Translations under genes and position numbers: made by a program
Assembly (NCBI GenBank): GCA_965221775.1
Contig: CBDCSU010000005.1
Coordinates: 544,001-608,000, forward strand
Direction of reading: 5' to 3'
Source: Candidatus Latescibacterota bacterium
Lineage (GTDB): Bacteria > Latescibacterota > UBA2968 > UBA8231
DNA length: 64,000 bases
Part shown: positions 9,638 to 19,556 of the stretch, piece after piece
Position numbering within the stretch: position 1 is the first letter of the stretch
Layout of the letters: each line of letters begins with the position of its first letter
The notes under the pieces: model-generated
Told to the model about the DNA's origin: nothing
Databases searched by the model: none
The model's input: the letters and a program-made list of their open reading frames with translations, nothing else

Positions 9638-9791
9638 GACCGCCCGCCCGGGGTAGAATTAGCCCTTGACAAGCGCGAGATCTTTCTTCATTTATTCCGA
9701 TCTCACCAGCGGTTCTCCGTCCGTCAACTGTCCATTTGACCTGCCCATGCGGACAGTATGATTCGGGACCGCGAAAACCGAGGAAACAACA

Positions 9792-9878
9792 ATGCCTATC
9801 GGACCGAGAAAGGAGGAAGGAGCCGATCTTCAACGGATTGCACAGTCATCGTTTCCATCCAACCAAATTCCTCTTTGA
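9792..9878 (+). CDS. Possible 28-aa leader/small ORF (MPIGPRKEEGADLQRIAQSSFPSNQIPL)
   Basis: GAGGA SD at 9780-9784, 7-nt spacer, ATG 9792; TGA 9876-9878 just before the SD of the next gene. Confidence 0.3.
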   Translation: MPIGPRKEEGADLQRIAQSSFPSNQIPL

Positions 9879-9894
9879 CAAGGAGCCCTTCGCA

Positions 9895-10788
9895 ATGAGG
9901 AACTGCATTTCAGTGTTTGTCGCTCTCGGCCTGGTCTTCGGCTTGGTCGGGAGCGCCGACGCCCACATCGGCGAGAGGATCTTTCCCCTCTTTGAGCTCG
10001 GCGACGACGACATAGCCGACCTCGACTTCACGGACGACACGGTCGAGGACTGGGAGGATGTGGCCGGCGATGCCACGTACCTGCCCGTCGACTTCTTCGC
10101 CGACCCGACCGTGGGCGACGGCGCCCAGTACGATCCGGCCGACCTCGACTACCGCATCTGGTCGGCCTGGAACAGCTCCACTGGTACGATCTGGTTCGCC
10201 ATGGAGCGCATCGACAACGTCTACTTCGGCAGGGAGTACGACGGCAGCAGCCCGTGGAACTACGAGGCCATCGAGGTCATGCTCGACGGCGACCACACGG
10301 GCGGCGACTACACCGGTTCGGCGAACCCGGACTGGAACGACGAGGAGAAGAAGCTCAACAACAACCGTCACGCGCAGCAGTACATCGGCGTGGCCGACGA
10401 CCCCTCCGGCCGTCACGTCTTCTACCTCGGCGCCGGCGCCGAGTGGGTCAACGACCTGCCCTACGCCGACGGCGGCGGCTCCTCCGTGGGCGACGGCCCG
10501 ACGGTCAGCACCATCGAGCTCTTCGTCACCCCCTTCGACGACCTGATCTGGAACAGCCCTGATGACAGCCAGGCTTCCGACCTGTTCGACGGCAAGCTCA
10601 TCGGCTATCAGATCTCGCTGCCCGACACCGACAAGGACGTTGGCCAGGACCGGGCGTTCCACACCCTGTCCGGTCAGGCCGCGACCTGGCGTTTTGCCGA
10701 GCGCTTTGTCGACGCCCGCCTTATCGGTCTGGATGACACGGCGGTCGAGGGGAACTCCTGGGGCCGCATCAAGGCCGGGATGAAGTAG
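9895..10788 (+). CDS. Secreted acidic protein, CBM9/DOMON-like, with C-terminal TAVE..SWGRIK tail
   Basis: AAGGAG SD; signal peptide ending ADA; IEVMLDGDHTGG; terminal TAVEGNSWGRIKAGMK. Confidence 0.7.
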   Translation: MRNCISVFVALGLVFGLVGSADAHIGERIFPLFELGDDDIADLDFTDDTVEDWEDVAGDATYLPVDFFADPTVGDGAQYDPADLDYRIWSAWNSSTGTIWFAMERIDNVYFGREYDGSSPWNYEAIEVMLDGDHTGGDYTGSANPDWNDEEKKLNNNRHAQQYIGVADDPSGRHVFYLGAGAEWVNDLPYADGGGSSVGDGPTVSTIELFVTPFDDLIWNSPDDSQASDLFDGKLIGYQISLPDTDKDVGQDRAFHTLSGQAATWRFAERFVDARLIGLDDTAVEGNSWGRIKAGMK

Positions 10789-10821
10789 GGTAACCGGCTT
10801 ATACTTGTTGATTCCCATGTG

Positions 10822-10854
10822 AAGAGAGGGAGGAGCCCATTCCTCCCTCTCTTT
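10822..10854 (+). terminator. Stem-loop, probable terminator
   Basis: Perfect 13-bp stem AAGAGAGGGAGGA/TCCTCCCTCTCTT with 6-nt loop, downstream of the 10788 stop. Confidence 0.65.
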
Positions 10855-10871
10855 GCACTTGAGACGCGCTT

Positions 10872-10887
10872 CGGCACAACGAGTGCT
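10872..10887 (+). promoter_or_regulatory. Possible sigma54 -24/-12 promoter
   Basis: CGGCAC-AACGA-GTGCT; correct GG-N10-GC spacing but two departures from consensus; 110 bp upstream of 10998. Confidence 0.35.
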
Positions 10888-10997
10888 GAACGCGACCTCT
10901 GCAACTGCCGCGCAGTCCCGGATCCGGCTTCCCAGTCTTCGGGGCGTTCTCCGGGCTGCAGTCTTGCTTGTCTACCACAACGGGAGGGAGCAGGGGA

Positions 10998-13490
10998 ATG
11001 AGAATCGGGATCTTCGCCGCGTTGGTCTTTTTGGTGTGGGCGGTCGAGTCCGGCGCCGATTTGCGCCTGTTCTCCATTCCCGGCGACGGCGACACCTGGG
11101 CCGACATCCGGCAGGGGTCGGTCTCCGAGAACACCTACATCGAGCTGGTCGACCTTGAAGGCTACGAGAACGGCATCGGCCCCATCTTCCCGGCCAGATG
11201 GATCCCCGTCCCCGACATCCCCCTCGACCTGACCGCCGAAGAGGCGGGCGCGTCCCTCGACTCCCTGCTCCTCGCCTTCTCCTACCACGTGACCCGCACC
11301 GACGTGGTGGCACCGGAGGACGTGGAGCTGGAGGACGGCACCGTCCTGGCCGCCGGGTCCATCCTGATCCCCCGCTGGAGCCCCTTCCCCCGCAGCCTGG
11401 AAGGGTTGCAGTTGCTGCGCCGGGCCGGCGTCACCGAGATCCACGCCATGATCAACGTGGCCGAGTCCTTCCCCCGCCCCCCGGGCGCCGACAAGTACAA
11501 CAAGAGTCTGAACCTCACCTACCTCGCCATCTGGGAGCGAGCCCTCACCGGCATCCGCCGCCAGGAGGGCCTGGCCCGCGTCTTCGACGGCGACCCCACA
11601 AGCCACTTCGCGCGCATCGACCGGGTGGGACAGGACGTAACCCAGAAGTGGGGGCTCTACGTCGACCTGGGGCACTACTTCCCAGTCCGGCTCTTCCGCC
11701 TCTATCCCAGCCTCGAGGAGCCGGTGCGCGTCTCCGCCTACACCTTCTATCGCGGTCTGCCCGACACCGAGACGGAGATCGCCGGCCTCAGCCTGGAAGA
11801 TCCGAATACGGGGCCCCTGGGTTACCCCTTGTTCAGCAAGATCGGGGACACCTTTCCCACCTGGCTCCCCGAGGCGAGCGTGCCGGTCAACCGGCAGGAC
11901 ACGATCGCCGTGGTCTTCGACCCGCCCGTGCAGATGCGCTACTCGAGGATGGACTTCGAGACTCCGCTGGACTACGACCTCGCCGAGATGGAGTACTACG
12001 CCGACGGTTTCGTGCGCAGCGCGGTGTACACCTCCAACGCCCTGCCCCTGCCCCCGGCGACCCTGGGCCGAATCTCCTGGGACGAGGAGAAGATCGGCGA
12101 TCCCACCCGGTCGAGGATGATCGTCCGAGCGCGCACCGGCTTCACCACCGAGCCCGACGTGCTGTTCCAGATCAACTATCTCGACCGCGAGGTGGAGTGG
12201 CGCCGGGGCGAGGGGAACGCGCTCATCGTCGACAGGCGGCCCGGGTCCGCCACCTGGGGCCAGGAGGTGGACCTGGAATCCAAGGACTTCAACATCGAGG
12301 CGCGGGACATCTGGAGCGCCGCCCTGCCCGAGGACCGTGCCTCCGTCCGCCTGAGCCGCCAGGACTACATCGGGCTTCCGGTGAGCGTGCGCGGCCGCAT
12401 CGAGCCCGATCTCGAGTTCTGGAGCAGCAGGCAGGTGGCCACCAACGGCGACCTGATCCCGGCCCCGAGCGGGCGGCCCTATGTGCAGGTGGAGGTGGCC
12501 TTCACCAGCCAGTCACCGGAGTCGGCCACCATCCTGCGCAACCTCCGCATCGAGTACTCGTCCCCGCAGAGCACCGACGAGCTCTTCGGCGAGATCGCCC
12601 CGGCGGCCGAGGTCATCGCCGGCCGCGACACCTCTTTCGTGCTGGCCCTCCAGGCCTCCCTCGGCGCCGGCAACAGCGGCTTCAACCGGCTGCAGGTCTC
12701 TACCCCGGTGCGCACCGGCGGCATCGAGGAACTGGAGATGGACCTGGGCGACGGCCAGATGCTGCGGTTGGAGAACGAGGGCCGGGCGGAAGGAGAGATC
12801 GCCGCAGGGCGGTTCCGGGAACTGCACGTGGCCGACGATCAGTTCGTCCTCGGCTTCCCCCTCCTCGAGCCGGCGGGCGACGGAGAGGCGCTCGAGGTGC
12901 TCCTCAAGGCCCGATTCCGCTGCCGGGTCATCGACTTCCGCACCCCCTTCACCGCCAGCGTCTTCCTCGATACACTGGGTCTCGATCTGGAGCGCGACTA
13001 CAGCTCCAGGGGGATCCTTGCCCTCGCCGGCGGCGAGAGCGCCCTCGACACCCTGGCCTTCTTCCTGCCTCAGCAGGCGACCAGCCGCGACATCGTCGAC
13101 TTCGCGGCGACGGACAACCTCTCGGACCGCAACTCGCTGATAGTCACCGCCGATATCTCCGCCCAGAGCAGCCAACTGGTGAGCAACATCCGCATCGGGC
13201 CCAATCCCTTCACCCCCAACGGCGACGGCATCAACGACGAGATGACCGTCTCACTCGATGTGCAGCGACTGGTGACGCCGAAGCCCGTCCGTCTGGAGAT
13301 CTTCGATCTCGGCGGCCGGCGCCTGCATCTCATCGAGCGCGAGTTGGCTTCGGGCGGCTATTCCCAGCAGTGGGACGGCCGCGACGCCAACGGGCAGTTG
13401 GTCCCGCCCGGCATCTACATACTCAGCATCTCCACCGATGCCGATGACGCCGGCGATGCCAGGACGCGCACCGTCTCCGTAGCCTACTGA
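10998..13490 (+). CDS. Exported protein with C-terminal FlgD-Ig/gliding-motility-CTD-like domain (paralog 1)
   Basis: Signal peptide; NPFTPNGDGINDE...FDLGGR...WDGRD...VPPGIY...VSVAY. Confidence 0.8.
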   Translation: MRIGIFAALVFLVWAVESGADLRLFSIPGDGDTWADIRQGSVSENTYIELVDLEGYENGIGPIFPARWIPVPDIPLDLTAEEAGASLDSLLLAFSYHVTRTDVVAPEDVELEDGTVLAAGSILIPRWSPFPRSLEGLQLLRRAGVTEIHAMINVAESFPRPPGADKYNKSLNLTYLAIWERALTGIRRQEGLARVFDGDPTSHFARIDRVGQDVTQKWGLYVDLGHYFPVRLFRLYPSLEEPVRVSAYTFYRGLPDTETEIAGLSLEDPNTGPLGYPLFSKIGDTFPTWLPEASVPVNRQDTIAVVFDPPVQMRYSRMDFETPLDYDLAEMEYYADGFVRSAVYTSNALPLPPATLGRISWDEEKIGDPTRSRMIVRARTGFTTEPDVLFQINYLDREVEWRRGEGNALIVDRRPGSATWGQEVDLESKDFNIEARDIWSAALPEDRASVRLSRQDYIGLPVSVRGRIEPDLEFWSSRQVATNGDLIPAPSGRPYVQVEVAFTSQSPESATILRNLRIEYSSPQSTDELFGEIAPAAEVIAGRDTSFVLALQASLGAGNSGFNRLQVSTPVRTGGIEELEMDLGDGQMLRLENEGRAEGEIAAGRFRELHVADDQFVLGFPLLEPAGDGEALEVLLKARFRCRVIDFRTPFTASVFLDTLGLDLERDYSSRGILALAGGESALDTLAFFLPQQATSRDIVDFAATDNLSDRNSLIVTADISAQSSQLVSNIRIGPNPFTPNGDGINDEMTVSLDVQRLVTPKPVRLEIFDLGGRRLHLIERELASGGYSQQWDGRDANGQLVPPGIYILSISTDADDAGDARTRTVSVAY

Positions 13491-13524
13491 GGCGCCCGGA
13501 GAGTACGGAAAGAGAGGATTCGCC

Positions 13525-16500
13525 ATGAAACGGCTTCTGACGTTGGGGGCGTACATCGCCCTGATTTCCCTGCCGGAGGGCCTCATGGCCCAGGCCGGTC
13601 CCGCCTACCGACTGCAGGGCAACTCGATCCGGGTGGACCGGGTCTCCCACTGGAACAACTGGATCTACCAGAACGACCTGGTCACCAGTCTCAACGCGCC
13701 CGTCGGGGGTGTGAACATTCTCGAGGTCGGCGCCGGCGGCCTGCGGCCCGTGTACTTCCGCCGCAACGTCAACGTCGCTCCCACGGCCGCGGACTTCATC
13801 TACAAGGACCAGGTCCGCGCCCAGGGGGATTCGACCCGGGGCGGGACCTCCGCCAAGTCCAACGCGGGCCTGGCCGACAACGTCATCGACGGCGACCTGA
13901 CCACCTTCTGGGAGCCAGCCACGCCCGCCGACTACCCCAGCCGCCTGGACGCTCCCGGCCACTTCCATCTCGACGGCCTGCGCGAGTGGGAGGTGGAGAT
14001 CGACCTCGGCCGGCTGGTCTTCGCCGACAGCCTGACCTTCATCTTCCCCTCGGACCAGTTCGAGGGCGAGTTCCTCGGCCAGCCGGTCAAGGCCTTCGCG
14101 GTCTTCGCCTCCATGGGCGAACGCTTCCCCTTCCCCCTGGGCAACAATCTGCGCTTCACCCTCGTGGCCCAGGCGTCGACGGGCGTTGTCGGGGCGGACG
14201 GCGTGGAGCTGGTGCCCGTGCCCGGCACGGAGGGGAGGTACGCGCAGATGACCTTCGGCCTGGTGCCCCTGGACCGGGCCGACTGGGACCTTGACGGTAT
14301 CCCCGACATCAGCGGGACCTTTCTCCAGTACATCCGCTTCAAGTCCACGGCCTCCGACCTCTGGCGCGACGCCTTCCTCGGGCAGGGCGAGGAGGCCCGC
14401 CTCGCCTATGAAGCGCTGCCCGCCGAGCGGCGCGGCGCCGTCATCTATCAGCGCCTGACGGCCGGCGGCCTGCTCGTGGATCTCCGCGACGACGGCAACC
14501 AGACAGCCGGGGAGAAGCACCAGTCCCTGCCCGAGGCCAAGCGCGGGCCGATCCTGTACTACGTCAAGGAGGTCCCCCGCCTCGCCGAGGTCCAGGTCTG
14601 GACCCGGGGCGACAACTACGCCTACCAGCCCGAGAGCCGCGCCGGGGACTCCTTCGAGCACGGCGGCCTGGGCGCCCCCGAGCTGGCCACCGACGGCAAC
14701 TACGACACCGAGTGGGCGGCCAATACCTGGTCCCCCGTCTACGTCAAGGGCACCGCCTGGTACGACCTGGGCGCCGTGTTCTGGGTGGACAACCTCTCCG
14801 TGGTCAACAAGCGCATCAACCAGAGCAACCACGGCGCCTTTATCGGGCCGGGCATCCTGGTCTCCGACGGCACCCTGCTCAAGCCGGTGTCCATGGAGGA
14901 TCGCGGCGACTTCACCCAGCTCGAAGACGGGCTCCAGTGGCACAACATCATCGGCGAGGAGAAGCTCACCAACCGCACGTCCAAGGTCCGCATCTTCCAG
15001 GAAGATTTCCCCATGCGCAAGATCCGCTTCCTGCAGATCCGCGACCTCGACATCACCGGCGTCAGTTCCGGCCGGTACGGCGCGCTGGCGACCCTGGCCG
15101 AGTTCCAGCTCTTCGGCGAGGGCTACCCGGTCAGCGTCTGGGCCTACTCGCCCCCCATCGCCCTGACCGACTCGCGGGGCGAGTTCGTCCGCAAGACCCT
15201 GCCCCGCATCAGTTGGGAAGGCGACATCCTCGTCCGTGAGACCGACCCCCTCACCGGCGAATCCGTCGAGCGCTTCGAGCCGCTGCACAGCGATCCGGAC
15301 GTCCGCCTCCAGGTGCAGACCCGCACCTCCGACCAGACCGACAGCCTCTTCACCTACTTCGAGGTCGTCTCCGTCGCCGGCAGCGAGGAGCGCACGGAGG
15401 TCACCAAGGACCGCCACGACCAGATCGCCATGGAGTGGGCGGCCTGGGAGTACTGGCAGACCCTGCCCAGCGACCAGCGGCACGCCTCGCGTCACGACGA
15501 CGACGGCGACGGCCTGGAGGACGAGGACCACATCGACTTCCAGGACAACGACGGCGACGGCCTCGTCGACGAGGACGGCAAGAAGCTGCGCCGGGCGCCG
15601 CGCTCGACCTTCGCCAGGGACGGGGAGTTGGCCTTCGTCGGCTGGAGCCCCTGGAGCGAGAGCTACCTGCCGACCAACGGCCTCAGCGAGGCGACGATCA
15701 CCTCCCCCAATCCGCGAAAGTTCATCCAGGTCCGCGTCAACATCCTGTCGGAGAATCCCTTCAAGACGGCCCGCATCCGCAGCCTGCGCATCGACCTGGC
15801 ACCCCCCGTCGCCCTGGAGCTGGTGGGGGAGCTGGCCCTGCTCAGCGACGACGGTGCCGGGCGGGCGCTGACCGATCTCGACGTTCTGCCCACCGACTAC
15901 ACCCCCCCCACCGGCATCGATCCCCTCGAGACCCAGCGGTTCTCCTACTTCATCCGTGCCGCCGGGCCCGACCCGACCGTGCGCGGCGGCTTCGACGAGG
16001 TGCTGATCACCACGCCCCGCGCCGCCCGCCTCACCGGGGTCCGTCTCGGCCGTGTGGAGGTCGCCCGCAGGTCCTCCGCCCTCGACCCGGAGCAGGAGGA
16101 GACCGCGGCGGTGGCCACCCGTTTCGACAACGTCTTCGCCCCCGGCGGCGACGGGGTCTTCCGCAACGAGGCCGGTCAGGTCCTGGAGCAGGTGGCGGCC
16201 GGCGCCGACTCCGTCTGGGTCCGTTTTCCCTCCTCCGTCAACACCGGCCTGCCAGGGGGGGAGCACGCCCTCATCGAGGTGCAGTTCGAGTCGCAGAGCT
16301 TCCGGGAAGGCATCGAGTACACCTCCTTCGTGCGCTCCTCCGACTCGGAGGAGGTGGTCTTCCAGCGGGTGGACATCGACTCCCGGGACGCCACCGAACT
16401 GGTGGCCTCCTCCACGACGAGGGTGGGCCTGGCGGAGCTCGAGGGACCGCTGATCCAGGACGTGGCGCTGGCGCGGGTGTTCACACCCAACGGCGACGGC

Positions 16501-16770
16501 GTCAACGACGAGCTGCCGGTGAGCTTCGCCCTCCTGAAGGTGCTGCAGGAGCGGCCCCTGGAAGTGGAGTTCTTCGACCTGGGCGGCCGCCTCGTCGGCC
16601 GGGGACTGAATACGGCGGGAGCCCCCAAGGCCGGGTACAACACCTTCACCTGGGACGGCCGTGACCCGGGCGGCCGGCTGGTGCCGCCGGGGATCTACCT
16701 GTGCCGGATCAAGGTCGAGGCCGACGCCGAGGACAGCCAGTTCGTGCGGCTCGTCCACGTGGCATATTGA
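13525..16770 (+). CDS. Large exported protein with discoidin-like segments, two DxDGDG motifs and FlgD-Ig/CTD (paralog 2)
   Basis: Signal peptide; IDGDLTTFW and TDGNYDTEW; DDDGDGLEDED, DNDGDGLVDED; VFTPNGDGVNDE...VHVAY. Confidence 0.8.
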   Translation: MKRLLTLGAYIALISLPEGLMAQAGPAYRLQGNSIRVDRVSHWNNWIYQNDLVTSLNAPVGGVNILEVGAGGLRPVYFRRNVNVAPTAADFIYKDQVRAQGDSTRGGTSAKSNAGLADNVIDGDLTTFWEPATPADYPSRLDAPGHFHLDGLREWEVEIDLGRLVFADSLTFIFPSDQFEGEFLGQPVKAFAVFASMGERFPFPLGNNLRFTLVAQASTGVVGADGVELVPVPGTEGRYAQMTFGLVPLDRADWDLDGIPDISGTFLQYIRFKSTASDLWRDAFLGQGEEARLAYEALPAERRGAVIYQRLTAGGLLVDLRDDGNQTAGEKHQSLPEAKRGPILYYVKEVPRLAEVQVWTRGDNYAYQPESRAGDSFEHGGLGAPELATDGNYDTEWAANTWSPVYVKGTAWYDLGAVFWVDNLSVVNKRINQSNHGAFIGPGILVSDGTLLKPVSMEDRGDFTQLEDGLQWHNIIGEEKLTNRTSKVRIFQEDFPMRKIRFLQIRDLDITGVSSGRYGALATLAEFQLFGEGYPVSVWAYSPPIALTDSRGEFVRKTLPRISWEGDILVRETDPLTGESVERFEPLHSDPDVRLQVQTRTSDQTDSLFTYFEVVSVAGSEERTEVTKDRHDQIAMEWAAWEYWQTLPSDQRHASRHDDDGDGLEDEDHIDFQDNDGDGLVDEDGKKLRRAPRSTFARDGELAFVGWSPWSESYLPTNGLSEATITSPNPRKFIQVRVNILSENPFKTARIRSLRIDLAPPVALELVGELALLSDDGAGRALTDLDVLPTDYTPPTGIDPLETQRFSYFIRAAGPDPTVRGGFDEVLITTPRAARLTGVRLGRVEVARRSSALDPEQEETAAVATRFDNVFAPGGDGVFRNEAGQVLEQVAAGADSVWVRFPSSVNTGLPGGEHALIEVQFESQSFREGIEYTSFVRSSDSEEVVFQRVDIDSRDATELVASSTTRVGLAELEGPLIQDVALARVFTPNGDGVNDELPVSFALLKVLQERPLEVEFFDLGGRLVGRGLNTAGAPKAGYNTFTWDGRDPGGRLVPPGIYLCRIKVEADAEDSQFVRLVHVAY

Positions 16771-16796
16771 GAGAGAGCAAACAAAGGGAGGTATCT

Positions 16797-19547
16797 GTGG
16801 ACATAGCGAGGAGTTGGCGCCCCGGTGCGCTGGCGGTGCTGATGCTTGGAGTGACGGCTCAGGATCTGCCGGCGCAGGAGGACTTCGGAGCCCGGCTGGG
16901 TGTGCGCCGGGGCGGTGAAGTCCATTACGCGCCAACGGGCCCCGGCGTGCTCTTCGACGCCCTGGACCCGGCGGTCAAGAAGTGGTACGTGCCGCAGGAG
17001 TTGTTCAACGAGTACCAGTGGCGGCAACAGGAGTACACCAACTACGCCCGCCGGCACTATCAGCGATTCGTGAACACCAGCCTGGAGGGTGAGTACTTCT
17101 ACGACCTCTACGGCAACTACGTCACCCGGGGCCGTCTGGTCTACGACTGGAACGTGGCGGCGCCGCAGACGTCGGGCAGCAGCCTCTTCAAGACCAACTT
17201 CTACGGCTGGTTCTCCAACCTGATCGTCGCCTCGGACCAGAAGGGCCAGTACTCCTATGCCATGACCATCGGCGACCGCATCCGCACCACCCTGACGCCG
17301 ATGACCTTCTCCAAGCCGTCCTTCGCCGGCATCCAGCTGGACATGGCCACCGACAAGTACGAGGCCACCCTCCTCGTCTCCCGTCCCAGCGCCCCCGGGA
17401 ACATCGAGGGGCCGGAGGCGACCAGCACCGGCCGGTTCCGCTCCAACGACACCAACCTGCTCGGGGGCCGGGGCACCGTGCAGGTGGGCGACTTCGTCAA
17501 GCTGGGCGGGACCTACGTGAACGCCTTCAACTCCTCCACCAAGGGACAGGCCTTCCAGGGCAACCCCTTCAAGGGGACCCTGACGGAGGGCCAGAACGCC
17601 GCCGACATCACGCGCATCGAGGTGCGCCTGAGCGACGATTCGCCCGAGGACGACATCGCCGGAGCCGCCTACTACCAGGAGGAGATGATCATCACCACCA
17701 TCGACGGCGAGCGCATCAGCAACCGCCGCCGGATCGGCGACAGCAACATCCTCGACTTCCATCCCTCCGAGCAGGGAGGCTTCCTCAACCCCCAGGGCTT
17801 CCTCTCCGCCGACGGCCGGGAGATCATCGTCCTCATCTACGACCTCACGGGACCCCAGTACCAGGCTTCCTTCGGCCCCCAGCCCGAGCAGATCCGGAAC
17901 ATCGAGTTCCGCTTCCTCCTGGCCAACGACTACCGCATCGACCTCACCTCCGACCGCCAGCTCAACGACAACGACCAGCCGGTCCTGCTCTCCGAGGGCA
18001 TTCCGGAACGGACCCTGCGGGCGCCGGGCAACGTTCAGGACGGCTCGAACCAGGGCTTCGTGAGCGTCAAGTACGGCCTGCCCGTGGCCAACGAGATCTT
18101 CGGCGGCACCATCGACATCACCGACGTGGGCGGGTTCTTTCTCTCCGCCGAGTACGACCGCAACCGCCAGCACTTCCGCTATCCCCGGCGGACCGAGGTG
18201 GACGTGACCAATCACCACTCCCACAACACCTCGGCCGACGCCTGGTTCGTCAACCTCTACAAGCGGTCCTATCCCTACTTCGGTTTCGGCGAGGTCTACA
18301 GTGTCGACGCCGGCTACAGCACCAGCACCTACCTGGCGGGCACCCTGAACGACGCCGCCGACATCCACTACGACAACGAGCTCCGCTTCGTCTACGAGTT
18401 CGTCGACGACAACGACGACCAGGACCGCAATCCCGACTGGCGGCGGGCCAACTTCGGCCACGACCGGAGGGTTTTTCCGGGATACGACGAGAACAACGAC
18501 TTCATCAACGACTACAACCAGAACGACACGGAGTACCGCCGCAACCGGCAGCCCGACTACGAGGAGCCCTTCCTGCGCTACACCTCGGACCGGCCCGAGT
18601 TCCTCTTCGGCATCGACATGAACAACAACGGCGTCGTCGACCGCTTCGAGAACGACAACTTCCCCGACTACCTCTACAAGAGGGACCGGCGCGGCTACAA
18701 CATCTACGGCGGTGCCCACCTGGGGCCCGAGGCGCGCCTCACCGTGGGCCGCCTCGACGAGCGCCAGCTGGCCGACGACCGCCGCAACGCCACCAACTAC
18801 GTCCTGCTCACCTTCGACAAGGACTACGCCGGCCTGGGCCGCGTGCAGGTCTTCAACAACTACCGGCGGGCCCAGGACGACATCCGCGACCACGTGATCG
18901 AGTGGGTCGTCCTCGAGGGCTCGCGTGGAGAGCTCATCGATTACGACGATCCCCTGCCCCTGCGCGACGGTTGGGCCAACACCCTGTACCTGGGCTACCA
19001 GTACCGGGGGGACCGCCTGCAGGTGCGCAACCGGGTCAAGTGGGAGGTCATTGGCCAGTCCAACTACTCCGAGCGCCCCGTGGAGCAGCAGAACCTTCGA
19101 GAGACGGCCTCCTTCGTGGGCGTCCTCAACAAGATCGACTACACCCTCGATCTCGGCGTTTTCAAGATCCAGCCCCGGTGGAAGAGCGAGTTCCTGCGCC
19201 AGCGCCCCTCGCCCCGGGAGAACACCCTGGTGCGCGTGGCCACCACCGAGCTGCGCGAGCTCGGATCCCTGGTCCTGCGCCTGCCGATCCTGTCCCACAC
19301 GGAGTTGCAGACGGGTCTCGAGTACCTCCTCGTAAGGCAGTTCCGCGAGGAGTTGAAGACCCACCAGTTGCGCTCCGACCGCGACGAGATGGTGTATGCC
19401 CTTCAGTTCACCAACAACGCGGAGTACGGCGGTTACGACCTGTGGACTCAGACCGGCTTCCGGGTCTCCCGCATCGACCGTGCCTCGGCGGACAAGGCGC
19501 GGACGGAGACGACCATGTTCGTAACCATCTTCGCCGGCGTAGAGTAG
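16797..19547 (+). CDS. Large exported protein, putative outer-membrane beta-barrel
   Basis: GGGAGG SD with GTG; signal peptide; many alternating amphipathic strands, ends TMFVTIFAGVE; Asp/Asn-rich loops. Barrel assignment is inference. Confidence 0.6.
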   Translation: MDIARSWRPGALAVLMLGVTAQDLPAQEDFGARLGVRRGGEVHYAPTGPGVLFDALDPAVKKWYVPQELFNEYQWRQQEYTNYARRHYQRFVNTSLEGEYFYDLYGNYVTRGRLVYDWNVAAPQTSGSSLFKTNFYGWFSNLIVASDQKGQYSYAMTIGDRIRTTLTPMTFSKPSFAGIQLDMATDKYEATLLVSRPSAPGNIEGPEATSTGRFRSNDTNLLGGRGTVQVGDFVKLGGTYVNAFNSSTKGQAFQGNPFKGTLTEGQNAADITRIEVRLSDDSPEDDIAGAAYYQEEMIITTIDGERISNRRRIGDSNILDFHPSEQGGFLNPQGFLSADGREIIVLIYDLTGPQYQASFGPQPEQIRNIEFRFLLANDYRIDLTSDRQLNDNDQPVLLSEGIPERTLRAPGNVQDGSNQGFVSVKYGLPVANEIFGGTIDITDVGGFFLSAEYDRNRQHFRYPRRTEVDVTNHHSHNTSADAWFVNLYKRSYPYFGFGEVYSVDAGYSTSTYLAGTLNDAADIHYDNELRFVYEFVDDNDDQDRNPDWRRANFGHDRRVFPGYDENNDFINDYNQNDTEYRRNRQPDYEEPFLRYTSDRPEFLFGIDMNNNGVVDRFENDNFPDYLYKRDRRGYNIYGGAHLGPEARLTVGRLDERQLADDRRNATNYVLLTFDKDYAGLGRVQVFNNYRRAQDDIRDHVIEWVVLEGSRGELIDYDDPLPLRDGWANTLYLGYQYRGDRLQVRNRVKWEVIGQSNYSERPVEQQNLRETASFVGVLNKIDYTLDLGVFKIQPRWKSEFLRQRPSPRENTLVRVATTELRELGSLVLRLPILSHTELQTGLEYLLVRQFREELKTHQLRSDRDEMVYALQFTNNAEYGGYDLWTQTGFRVSRIDRASADKARTETTMFVTIFAGVE

Positions 19548-19556
19548 GAGGTGATC

